Positions 1 through 8,023 of a DNA stretch of 25,097 bases are shown piece after piece; the first letter of the stretch is position 1; each line of letters opens with the position of its first letter. The stretch spans positions 1-25,097 of IMG/VR virus record IMGVR_UViG_3300020045_005401; one strand, given 5' to 3'. This stretch comes from a virus (lineage: Duplodnaviria > Caudoviricetes). The notes beneath the pieces were generated by a model, which was given only the letters and a program-made list of their open reading frames with translations, made no database searches and was not told the origin of the DNA. The position numbers and the translations under genes are program-made.

Positions 1-66
1 CTTTGACGCATTGCCGCGCAGCATATGCACGTTCCCCGGGAGCGGCTTCGGTCCTCGAGCTCCCAT
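1..66 (-). CDS. terS: N-terminal fragment of P27-family terminase small subunit, inverted relative to the rest of the gene; runs off the window edge
   Basis: Minus strand from ATG at 66 reads MGARGPKPLPGNVHMLRGNASK, the typical GPKP..LRGN N-terminus of P27-family TerS; preceded by GGAG RBS (TATGGAGATTGCCATG). Not in the ORF track. Confidence 0.85.
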   Translation of the reverse strand, partial: MGARGPKPLPGNVHMLRGNASK

Positions 67-78
67 GGCAATCTCCAT

Positions 79-100
79 AAAAAAACCGCCCGGCGGCGGT
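79..100 (-). terminator. Intrinsic terminator-like hairpin immediately upstream of the terS RBS
   Basis: Minus strand ACCGCC-GCCG-GGCGGT followed by a T run then ATGGAG; near-identical to the element before the capsid gene (4647-4675). Confidence 0.7.
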
Positions 101-109
101 TCATTGATT

Positions 110-345
110 CTTCCCGGTTACAGCGTCCGGAGGCCAGGGCCGCAGAGCCTGCGCTGGCTGAGTGCTGGGCACCTAAACGGCCCTGGATTGTCGTGTTTGT
201 CGTATGGCAAATTGACCCGGTTAAGCGATCGCCACTCGCAAGCTACTTGCTGTCTGCTAGCGGCCCGGGATCTCCGTTCCGCCGTCATCGACCTCATCCG
301 CAATAAGCCCAGCCTTCAGATGCTGCGGAGATCCGATGCGCGGGG
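110..345 (-). ncRNA. Candidate structured RNA / leader upstream of terS
   Basis: Nested inverted repeats: 134-142/178-186 (9 bp, enclosing hairpins 146-159 and 162-172), 268-276/326-334 (9 bp), 238-242/246-250, 114-117/127-130. No convincing ORF; ends at a terminator. Confidence 0.3.
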
Positions 346-824
346 TCTGCTGCCCGTCGCTCGATGAGTTTCAGCCCGAAGTCGAGATCCCGAGTTTTCC
401 ATCGTGGATCTGGCCAGAAGCCAAGAAGGAGTGGAAGCGGATCTCGGTCGAGCTCGAGCGATACGGCCTGGTGTCCAAGCTCGATCGCGCCGCCTTGGTG
501 TTGTACTGCCAGGCCTGGGCGAAGATGGTCTGGGCAGAAAACCAGTTGTCGCGCGCAATGAAGTTGGCCGAGGAAGCGCGTTCGACGGCTGAGGCTAAGG
601 GCGAGGAATACTCCGGTGGCGATGGCCTGATGGTCAAGACCGCCGGCGGGAATTTCACCTATTCGCACCATTGGGTTGTCGGCAAACAGGCGGCGTCAGA
701 AGTCAGGCGATATCTCGATCTGTTCGGCCTGTCGCCATCAGCGCGCGGGCGAGTCCGCACCAGCGACAACCGCCAGGGATCGCTTTTTGAAGGAGGAACG
801 CAGGACGCATGGAACGGGCTTTGA
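336..824 (+). CDS. terS: Terminase small subunit (P27 family), body of the gene, lacking its native N-terminus
   Basis: P.W...A..EW.R...L......D...L..YC.AW and FGLSPSAR motifs; directly upstream of and overlapping terL. First residues (MRGVCCPS) look contributed by the inverted segment. Confidence 0.85.
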   Translation: MRGVCCPSLDEFQPEVEIPSFPSWIWPEAKKEWKRISVELERYGLVSKLDRAALVLYCQAWAKMVWAENQLSRAMKLAEEARSTAEAKGEEYSGGDGLMVKTAGGNFTYSHHWVVGKQAASEVRRYLDLFGLSPSARGRVRTSDNRQGSLFEGGTQDAWNGL

Positions 825-2524
825 CTTTCGGCGAGATCGCCACGGCGTATGCCCGTGATGTCGTCGAGGGGAAGGTCGTATCGTGCAAGTGGCATCGCCT
901 GGCGTGCAAGCGGCACCTGTCCGATCTCGCAAAGGCCGATGCCGGCGAATTTCCGTATGTCTTCAATCCGGAACTGACTGACCACAAAGGGAAGACCTAC
1001 TTCCCGGCCGAGCGGATCTGCCGCTTTGCCGAACTGATGCCGCATATCAAGGGCGACTGGGCCGCGCAGCGCCAGCTCATCAAGCTGGAACGCTGGCAGA
1101 TCTTCATCCTGGTGAGCATCTTCGGGTGGGTCAATCGCACGACCTTCAAGCGTCGTTTTCGCATCGCCGACATCATCGTGCCGCGCAAGAACGCCAAGAG
1201 CACCCTGGCGGCGATCATCGGCAACTACATGCTGGCTGTCGATGGCGAGTTCGGCGCCGAGGTCTATTCCGGCGCCACGTCGCAGGATCAGGCGCTGGAG
1301 GTCTTCCGCCCGGCCCTGCTGATGGCGAAATCGACGCCACGCTTTACGCAGACCTACGGCATCACGGTCAACGTCAGCAACCTGTCGATCGCGGAGAACA
1401 ACAGCAAGTTCGAACCGGTGATCGGCAACCCGGGGGATGGCGCGTCGCCCTCCTGCGCAATCATCGACGAGTACCACGAGCACAAGACCAGCGCCCTATT
1501 CGACACCATGCAGACCGGCATGGGCGCGCGCTCGCAGCCGCTGATTCTGGTCATCACCACCGCTGGGTCGGATATCTCCGGCCCGTGTTACCTGCACCAG
1601 GTCGAGCTGCAGAAGATCCTGGAAGGTGTGCTCGAGAACGATCAGCGCTTCGGCATCATCTTCACGATGGATGATGATGACGACTGGACCAGCGAAGACG
1701 CACTGGTCAAAGCCAACCCGAACTTCGGCGTCAGCGTCGATGGCGAATACCTTCGTCTACAGCAGCGCGACGCCGTATCGGACCCGCGCAAGCAGAACGT
1801 ATTCCGCACCAAGCACCTTGATCAATGGGTCGCCAGTGCGTCTCCCTGGCTCAATCTGTACAGTCTGCAGAAGTCCGGCGACAGCGCACTGACGCTTGAA
1901 AGCCATGCCTGGGACGGCTGCATTGCCGGCCTCGACCTGGCCAGTAAGCAGGACATCGCCAGCGCGGTCATGTTGTGCTGGCTGGGCGATCGCGAAGATC
2001 GGCACTACTACGCTTTCTCGCGCAATTACGTGCCTGAAGCCGCCGTTGAAAAGCCGGAAAATGCCCACTACCAGGGCTGGGTGAACAGCGGCCATCTGAT
2101 TTCCACGCCGGGCAACATGATCGACCTTTCGCAGATCGAGTCCGACCTGATCGAATCGGCAAGCACCGTTCACATCGTCGAAGTCGCCAAGGACCCATGG
2201 GGCGGCCACCAGATGGGAGCCAACCTCGCCGCCGAGGGATTCGCCGTCGTCGATATCCCGCAGCAGGTGCGCTACCTGTCGGACCCGATGAAGGAGATCG
2301 CCGCCATCGTCGATGCGGACCGCTTCCATCATGACGGCAACCCGGCCTATGTCTGGATGCTGTCGAACGTCGAGGTCAAGGAAGACCGGAACGAAAACAT
2401 CTTCCCGCGCAAGTCGCGGGCGATCAACAAGATCGACGCCGCGGTGGCGACTATCGTCGCGATGAACCGCGCACTAGCTGCTGAGCCAGAACCAGAACCT
2501 CAACCCGAGATCATCATTCTATGA
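809..2524 (+). CDS. terL: Terminase large subunit
   Basis: 571 aa; Walker A region VPRKNAKST, Walker B IIDEYHEH, coupling motif ITTAG, nuclease motifs GLDLASKQD and KIDAAVA; GAAGGAGG RBS. Confidence 0.96.
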   Translation: MERALTFGEIATAYARDVVEGKVVSCKWHRLACKRHLSDLAKADAGEFPYVFNPELTDHKGKTYFPAERICRFAELMPHIKGDWAAQRQLIKLERWQIFILVSIFGWVNRTTFKRRFRIADIIVPRKNAKSTLAAIIGNYMLAVDGEFGAEVYSGATSQDQALEVFRPALLMAKSTPRFTQTYGITVNVSNLSIAENNSKFEPVIGNPGDGASPSCAIIDEYHEHKTSALFDTMQTGMGARSQPLILVITTAGSDISGPCYLHQVELQKILEGVLENDQRFGIIFTMDDDDDWTSEDALVKANPNFGVSVDGEYLRLQQRDAVSDPRKQNVFRTKHLDQWVASASPWLNLYSLQKSGDSALTLESHAWDGCIAGLDLASKQDIASAVMLCWLGDREDRHYYAFSRNYVPEAAVEKPENAHYQGWVNSGHLISTPGNMIDLSQIESDLIESASTVHIVEVAKDPWGGHQMGANLAAEGFAVVDIPQQVRYLSDPMKEIAAIVDADRFHHDGNPAYVWMLSNVEVKEDRNENIFPRKSRAINKIDAAVATIVAMNRALAAEPEPEPQPEIIIL

Positions 2525-3912
2525 ACGCACCCGCGCCCCGGTACACCGCCGACCGCGTCAACCAGTCCGGCAGCGTCATCCTGCAGGCCTGGAAGGCCGA
2601 GCGGGAAGCCGAACGGGAGGCCGCTCGGAACACGCCGCAAGCAGCGGTTCCGATCTCGACCGTCACGCCCGGTACCGACATGTACGACATCCTGACGGGC
2701 GGCTTTGCGGGTAGCGGCGCCGGCGTTCCGGTGACCGAGCAGTCGATCATGGCGGTCGGCGCGGCATACGCCTGTGTTGGTCTGATCGGCGGCGCGCTGG
2801 CCGCACTGCCGTTCCATCTCTACAAACGCAGCGTTGACGGTCGCGAGCGCTACGAAAACGACATCTGGTGGCTGTTCAACGAGTCGCCGTGTCCGGCCCA
2901 CACGGCCAGCAGCGCCTGGCAATACGCCGCGCAATCGATCGGTCTGAAGGGCGACGGATTTTGGCGAATCAAGCGCGTCACGCCCTGGACCAATACGATC
3001 GAGGCGTTCATCCCGCACCATCCCGACCGGGTGCATGTGGTGCAGGAGGATGGCCGAAACTACTACCAGGTACAGAACGACAAGGGCACGATCGAAATCG
3101 TCGACCAGGACGACATGCTGCACTTCACAGGCATCGGCTTTGACGGAAAGCGCAGCATCTCACCGATCCGCGCCGCCTTGCGTCCGGCCGGGGGGATCGC
3201 CCTGGCTGCCGACGAGTACGCCAGTGCCTTCTTCAAGAACGGTGCTCGGCCAGATTTTGCGCTGACGACGCCGGGGAAGCTTGACCCTGAAGCCGCCAAC
3301 CTACTGCGGACGACCTGGGCGAGCCGTCATGGCGGCCCGAGCAACGCCCATTTGCCGGCGATCCTCGCCGGTGGCCTTGACGTCAAGCAGCTGACGATGA
3401 GCGCCGAGGATGCGCAGCTGCTCACCACACGCAAGTTCCAGGTTGAGGATATCGCCCGCATCTTCGGTGTGCCGCCGCACATGATTGGCTACACGGAAAA
3501 GGCCAGCAGCTGGGGGAGCGGCGTCGAACAAATGTCGATCGGTTTCGTCCGATACACCCTGCGCCGCTACCTCGATTCGATCAAGCAGGAGATCAACCGT
3601 AAGGTCTGGCCTCGGTCCCGGCTCTACTTCGGAGAGCATGATACCGACAGCCTGCTCGAGGGCGACGCCAAGGCTCAGGCCGAATACTTTGCCAAGGCGC
3701 TCGGTGGTCCTGGCTCGCAAGGGTGGCAGGCATTGAACGAAGTACGCATCCGGAAGAACCTGAAGCCAATCAAGGAAGCATGGGCGGACACTGTCCAGCG
3801 CTCCGGGTCGGCCGTTACGGTCCCCGACACGGCGTCAGAACCCGATACCACTGATCCAGAACAACCCACGGAGAACGCTGATGCACCCGATGCTCAAACT
3901 GCTGGCCAGTAA
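2521..3912 (+). CDS. Phage portal protein (HK97 family)
   Basis: 463 aa; AYACV..I...A.LP, FFKNGARP, DAQLL..RKF..EDIARIFGVPP and NEVR motifs; ATGA overlap with terL. Confidence 0.95.
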   Translation: MNAPAPRYTADRVNQSGSVILQAWKAEREAEREAARNTPQAAVPISTVTPGTDMYDILTGGFAGSGAGVPVTEQSIMAVGAAYACVGLIGGALAALPFHLYKRSVDGRERYENDIWWLFNESPCPAHTASSAWQYAAQSIGLKGDGFWRIKRVTPWTNTIEAFIPHHPDRVHVVQEDGRNYYQVQNDKGTIEIVDQDDMLHFTGIGFDGKRSISPIRAALRPAGGIALAADEYASAFFKNGARPDFALTTPGKLDPEAANLLRTTWASRHGGPSNAHLPAILAGGLDVKQLTMSAEDAQLLTTRKFQVEDIARIFGVPPHMIGYTEKASSWGSGVEQMSIGFVRYTLRRYLDSIKQEINRKVWPRSRLYFGEHDTDSLLEGDAKAQAEYFAKALGGPGSQGWQALNEVRIRKNLKPIKEAWADTVQRSGSAVTVPDTASEPDTTDPEQPTENADAPDAQTAGQ

Positions 3913-4621
3913 CCGAAAGCGCGGGCATTTCAGCGCCGAGACGACGCCGTCCGGAGACGAATCAACGATCTACCTGTACGACATGATTGTCGACAGTCAG
4001 GAAGAAGCCGACTGGTGGGGCGGCGTCGCCCCGGAGACCTTCGTCAAGACGCTCAATGCCATGAGCGCGCCGGTCATTCATCTGCGCGTCAAGAGCCCGG
4101 GCGGATCAGTCTTCGCCGCGCGTGCCATGGAACAGGCGATCCGCGAACACAGCAGCCGCATCGTGACGCACGTCGACGGCCTGGCTGCGAGCGCCGCCTC
4201 GTTTCTGATCTTGCCATCCGATGAAATCATCATCGCCCCGGGCAGTTTCCTGATGATTCACAAAGCCTGGACGATGGCGTTCGGCAACGGCGACGATTTC
4301 CGCAAGGCGGCCGGACTGCTCGACCAGATCGACGGCAGCCTGGTCAAGAGCTATGCCGACAAGACTGGTCAGAGCCCGGACGACATCGTCGCCTGGATGG
4401 CGGCGGAAACGTGGATCGAAGCCGCTCGCGCCGTCGAGCTGGGATTTGCGGACAGCGTTGCCGACGACACCAAGGCCAAGGCCATGGGCAACAGCTGGGA
4501 CCTGAGCGCCTACCAGCATGCCCCGAAAACACAGTCTCGCAGCACGCCACCGCCGAAAGCGGCCGGCCCCGATCGCGACGCGCTCAAGCGCTGCGTCGAT
4601 GTTCTTACCTTACCCGCCTGA
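3881..4621 (+). CDS. Head maturation protease, ClpP-like (S14)
   Basis: SPGGSVF, VDGLAASAAS (catalytic Ser), MIH, ETW..A..AVELGFAD motifs; lies between portal and capsid. Confidence 0.93.
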   Translation: MHPMLKLLASNRKRGHFSAETTPSGDESTIYLYDMIVDSQEEADWWGGVAPETFVKTLNAMSAPVIHLRVKSPGGSVFAARAMEQAIREHSSRIVTHVDGLAASAASFLILPSDEIIIAPGSFLMIHKAWTMAFGNGDDFRKAAGLLDQIDGSLVKSYADKTGQSPDDIVAWMAAETWIEAARAVELGFADSVADDTKAKAMGNSWDLSAYQHAPKTQSRSTPPPKAAGPDRDALKRCVDVLTLPA

Positions 4622-4646
4622 CGCTCACGCGCCAAGCACACACCAG

Positions 4647-4669
4647 GCCGCCTCCGGGCGGCTTTTTTT
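4647..4669 (+). terminator. Terminator-like hairpin directly before capsid RBS
   Basis: GCCGCC-TCCG-GGCGGC-TTTTTTT then ATGGAG RBS. Confidence 0.7.
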
Positions 4670-4683
4670 ATGGAGAAGTCCGC

Positions 4684-5961
4684 ATGAATTCGATTCAAGC
4701 CCTGCGTGAGCGCCGCGACCAACTGGCGCAAGCCCTGCACACCCTCGTCGATAAAGACAAGACGCCGGAGTGGAAGCCCGAGCACGAGACACAATACCAA
4801 CAGGCGATGGCCCAGATCGGCGCCATTGATGGCGATATCAAACGCCACAACGATGCGATGAACATCATCGCGGCCGGCGCGCTCAATGGCGTTGTACCGG
4901 ACTCCATGCGCGATCAATTCACGCGTACGCCCGGCGCACACGGCGCCGAATCGGGCGCGCTGCGTGCATACCTCTCGGGCGGCATGGCCAACCTGCAGCC
5001 CGAGCAGCTCAACGCCATGCGTCAGCGCCAGTCCGGCGACATCGCCAACGCCATGCGCCTGCCGCAGGCCGCCATGAGCACCAGCACGCCGGCCGAAGGC
5101 GGTTATACCGTGGCCACCGAGTATTACCGCCAGCTGGCCGAAGCGCAGAAGTCTTTCGGCGGAATCCGCAACGTGGCGACGATTATTCAGACCGGCACCG
5201 GCGCGCAGATGAATTTCCCGACTGCCGACGCAACGTCGGAAATCGGCGAAATCGTTGGGCAAAATGGTCCAGTGACATCGGGGGATACGACCGTCGGCAA
5301 TATTTCGCTCGACGTCTACAAGTACTCGTCGAAAAAGATCGCTGTTCCGTTCGAGCTGATCCAGGATTCGATGTTTGACATCGAGGGCTACATCAACGCC
5401 ATCCTGGCACTGCGCCTCGGTCGGATCACGTCCCAGCATTTCACGATCGGCACGGGCTCCAGCCAGCCGCGCGGGATCGTAACCGCATCGTCTGCGGGGA
5501 AAATCGGAACGACCGGCCAGACGCTGTCCGTTATCTACGATGACTTCATCGACCTGGAACACAGTGTGGACCCGATCTATCGCGTCGGCCCGAAGGTCGG
5601 CTATCTGATGCACGACAGCTCGCTCAAGGTCGTTCGCAAGATCAAGGACACCCAGGGCCGCCCGATCTTCGTCCCAGGTTACGAAGCAGGCAATCCCGGC
5701 GGCGCTCCGGATCGCCTGCTCAATCGCCCGATCTATATCTCGCAGGAGATGCCGATCATGGCCGCCAACGCCAAGTCGATTCTCTTCGGCGACTACAGCC
5801 GTTACCTGATCCGCGAGGTGATGGACCTGACGCTCTTCCGTATGGCCGACAGTGCCTTCATCCTCAACGGCCAGATCGGCTTCGTCGCCTTCAATCGCCA
5901 GGGCGGCAACATGATCGACGTCGGCGGCGCGGTCAAGTACTACGCCAACAGCGCAACCTGA
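4684..5961 (+). CDS. Major capsid protein, HK97 fold, with N-terminal scaffold (delta) region
   Basis: Start reassigned to ATG 4684 (GGAG RBS); 425 aa; GGYTV, ELIQDS.FDI, GTGS.QPRGI, IKD.QGRPIF, LFGDYSRY motifs. Confidence 0.95.
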   Translation: MNSIQALRERRDQLAQALHTLVDKDKTPEWKPEHETQYQQAMAQIGAIDGDIKRHNDAMNIIAAGALNGVVPDSMRDQFTRTPGAHGAESGALRAYLSGGMANLQPEQLNAMRQRQSGDIANAMRLPQAAMSTSTPAEGGYTVATEYYRQLAEAQKSFGGIRNVATIIQTGTGAQMNFPTADATSEIGEIVGQNGPVTSGDTTVGNISLDVYKYSSKKIAVPFELIQDSMFDIEGYINAILALRLGRITSQHFTIGTGSSQPRGIVTASSAGKIGTTGQTLSVIYDDFIDLEHSVDPIYRVGPKVGYLMHDSSLKVVRKIKDTQGRPIFVPGYEAGNPGGAPDRLLNRPIYISQEMPIMAANAKSILFGDYSRYLIREVMDLTLFRMADSAFILNGQIGFVAFNRQGGNMIDVGGAVKYYANSAT

Positions 5962-5967
5962 TCATCT

Positions 5968-5990
5968 GCGGGGCGGTTGGCACGCCCCGC
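5968..5990 (+). terminator. GC-rich hairpin after capsid gene (attenuator or stability element)
   Basis: GCGGGGCG (5968-5975) / CGCCCCGC (5983-5990); no clear U tract. Confidence 0.4.
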
Positions 5991-6014
5991 TAAATTTCAC
6001 CTGAGGAGTTATCA

Positions 6015-6344
6015 ATGGCAAAGAAAAAATGCCGTGTTCTCGTAACCACGACGATCGGCTCGGTGGTTTACCAGCCGGACCAGGTTATCAATATCGAAGC
6101 CGCACTCGCCAAGCCACATGTCGTCGGCGGGGCGCTCGATGATTGCAAGGAAGCCGTGGCGTACGCCCTCGAGCAGGGTGCAGTTGTTGTCGAGCATTCC
6201 GCAGCTGCTGCCGAGGTCCTGGACCCCGAGCAATCGGAGGAAGCCGCGGCCGTAGCGCTTGCCGCTGAGTTGGCGGCGGAAGAAGCCGCTGCCGCTGCCG
6301 CAGCAGTAGCCCCGATCGACGAAGCATCTTCCACGCAACAGTAA
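6015..6344 (+). CDS. Hypothetical head-region protein with acidic Ala/Glu-rich C-terminus
   Basis: GAGGAG RBS; position right after capsid gene; low-complexity tail. Confidence 0.75.
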   Translation: MAKKKCRVLVTTTIGSVVYQPDQVINIEAALAKPHVVGGALDDCKEAVAYALEQGAVVVEHSAAAAEVLDPEQSEEAAAVALAAELAAEEAAAAAAAVAPIDEASSTQQ

Positions 6345-6353
6345 GGACCAGTC

Positions 6354-6647
6354 ATGACCATCCGCTTGCTCGCTGCCTACGGCAAATATCCATGCAATGC
6401 CATCGTGACGCTCGACTCCGCTACAGAGGCGGGCCTCATCGCTGCGAAGCAAGCGCTGGCCGATTTGACTGGGGGCAGCGCTTACGTTGCGCCAGCTCCC
6501 CAGAAGCAGTCGTTCCCGGTTATGGGTGAAGTTGATCTCACCGGGGGGATTAGAACTTTGGCCGTCTTGACTCAGGCTCAGTACGACGCGCTCGTCGCTG
6601 GCTCGGGCGTTGATGAGTTCACCAATTACAAAATCGTTGCGGCGTAG
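6354..6647 (+). CDS. Small putative virion adaptor / decoration protein
   Basis: AAGGA RBS; 97 aa; C-terminal LTQAQYDAL....D..T.Y.I motif reminiscent of phage fibre-attachment modules; left inverted repeat lies inside it at GGIR. Confidence 0.7.
   Translation: MTIRLLAAYGKYPCNAIVTLDSATEAGLIAAKQALADLTGGSAYVAPAPQKQSFPVMGEVDLTGGIRTLAVLTQAQYDALVAGSGVDEFTNYKIVAA
6545..6555 (+). repeat. Left arm of 11-bp inverted repeat (putative recombinase site)
   Basis: GGGGATTAGAA, exact reverse complement of 7969-7979. Confidence 0.65.
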
Positions 6648-6649
6648 TC

Positions 6650-7966
6650 ATGGCTGAGTACATTGGGTCGCGCCCGGTTATCCGGGAGTACATTGGCACA
6701 AGGACTGTGATTGCGGATTATTTTAACGGGGTGAATCTGCTGAGTGCTGTATCAGACGTGCCATCATTTCTACGCATGGTTACTGTAACAAACGCAACGG
6801 AGTCAGGATCCGGGCCGTACACCTACACAGCGACCGCTGTGGGAGGCTGGTCAGGCGGGGTCAATGCGATGCTTTCCAATGGAGCGGACGGCTATATCAC
6901 ATCAAGGCTGGTTGCATCACCGTCCGCGTACTGCGGATTGGGGTTCCGGTCGGTACAGGACGGTGGGGCGTACACGACCTTCCGATACTCGATTATGGCG
7001 GACACAGGGCTGACGTCGTACAAAATAGGAATCGACGCCGCTGCCGGAATTGCGCTCAATATCTCCCCAGCAACGCTTCCCGCGCTGAACGACAGGCTGA
7101 AAGTCGAGCGCGTAGGTACGAACATAAACTTCTATGTTGCCCGAAACGCCACGCCGACGACTTGGATTCTGGTGCATACGAAAACCTCCGCAGTGACGGT
7201 TCCGCTGTTCCCCGGTTGGTTCGCCAACGCCTCCGGGTCGGCAATGGAGATTGGAGAGTTTAGTGGTCTGACCCAGTATGTTCAGTGGGTTAGCACGGCT
7301 GTGGCCCTGACGATGGACGGCAACTCGTTGGTGTATGGCTATCGGAACCCCGGCCCCGGCGTGACCGTTGCTCAGAACCTCATCAGCGATGTCGCAAGCC
7401 CTCTCTACGGTTCTGGAATGACCGTGACTAACAGTGGGACAAGTGGCAATACTTGGGTGATGATGACGGGCGGCGTGCCGAACTATACAGCGAACCGGAT
7501 CAACGTATGTGTCGCATGGGAGGGTACGAATTCCATTTGTGCGGGACGAACCGGGCTAGAAGCTGCCACGGATGCAGTGACTTACATTGCTACGCTGAAA
7601 GCCGCAAACCCGTTGTGGCGCGTGGTGCTTATGACTTGCCTGCCGCGACAGGGCGGGTTCGCAGCATGGGGGTCAATCGCAGGACTCAACGCACAGATCG
7701 ACGCCTACAACGCCCATCTCCGCGCGAACTACAAAGCAATGGGCGCGTGCGCTCTGTGTGATGTGCGACCCGCTGGAGGGGTATTCGACATGGGAGGCGA
7801 CTACTCAATTGCGAGTTTTGATGCCTGTGATACTCGCGCTGGCGGAACGGTTTGGCTGGAGGCGTCAGGAGGTAGCGGGCGTATCCACATGACCGACTTT
7901 GGCGACACGAAGATCGCGGCGCTGCTTGAGCCGGTCTTGGCTTTCGTCACGTTGCGCGATAGCTGA
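6650..7966 (+). CDS. SGNH/GDSL-hydrolase domain protein with beta-rich N-terminal domain (putative virion-associated esterase / receptor-binding protein)
   Basis: 438 aa; block I DGNSL, block II NSGTSG, block III EGTNS, block V variant GRIH; N-terminal EYIG.R.VI tandem repeat; codon usage visibly less GC3-rich than neighbours. Confidence 0.8.
   Translation: MAEYIGSRPVIREYIGTRTVIADYFNGVNLLSAVSDVPSFLRMVTVTNATESGSGPYTYTATAVGGWSGGVNAMLSNGADGYITSRLVASPSAYCGLGFRSVQDGGAYTTFRYSIMADTGLTSYKIGIDAAAGIALNISPATLPALNDRLKVERVGTNINFYVARNATPTTWILVHTKTSAVTVPLFPGWFANASGSAMEIGEFSGLTQYVQWVSTAVALTMDGNSLVYGYRNPGPGVTVAQNLISDVASPLYGSGMTVTNSGTSGNTWVMMTGGVPNYTANRINVCVAWEGTNSICAGRTGLEAATDAVTYIATLKAANPLWRVVLMTCLPRQGGFAAWGSIAGLNAQIDAYNAHLRANYKAMGACALCDVRPAGGVFDMGGDYSIASFDACDTRAGGTVWLEASGGSGRIHMTDFGDTKIAALLEPVLAFVTLRDS
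6656..6715 (+). repeat. 30-nt period tandem repeat at the start of the SGNH gene
   Basis: GAGTACATTGG at 6656-6666 and 6686-6696; protein EYIGSRPVIR / EYIGTRTVIA. Confidence 0.7.
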
Positions 7967-7968
7967 TT

Positions 7969-7979
7969 TTCTAATCCCC
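7969..7979 (-). repeat. Right arm of 11-bp inverted repeat (putative recombinase site)
   Basis: TTCTAATCCCC, starting 2 nt after the SGNH stop codon and ending 44 nt before the recombinase ATG; partial second copy ATCCCCT at 7985-7991. Confidence 0.65.
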
Positions 7980-8023
7980 TTACCATCCCCTCTGCACCGT
8001 CGTCTTTTCCATGAAAGAGTCAG

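Noticed and set aside
11-367. Plus-strand ORFs 11-367 and 25-306, minus-strand ORF 118-303
   Set aside because: No recognisable protein features; region better explained by the inverted terS 5' end and structured leader.
1178-1204. TerL Walker A reads RKNAKST rather than RKNGKS
   Set aside because: All other motifs are intact; treated as a tolerated variant, not evidence of inactivation.
4411-4683. N-terminal extension of the capsid ORF (516 aa in the track)
   Set aside because: Overlaps the protease gene and spans a terminator; the RBS supports ATG 4684.
7801-7986. Minus-strand 61-aa ORF as the alternative C-terminus after inversion
   Set aside because: It is not in the frame that would fuse at GGG-ATT-AGA; the in-frame product is a 34-aa tail with no recognisable motif.
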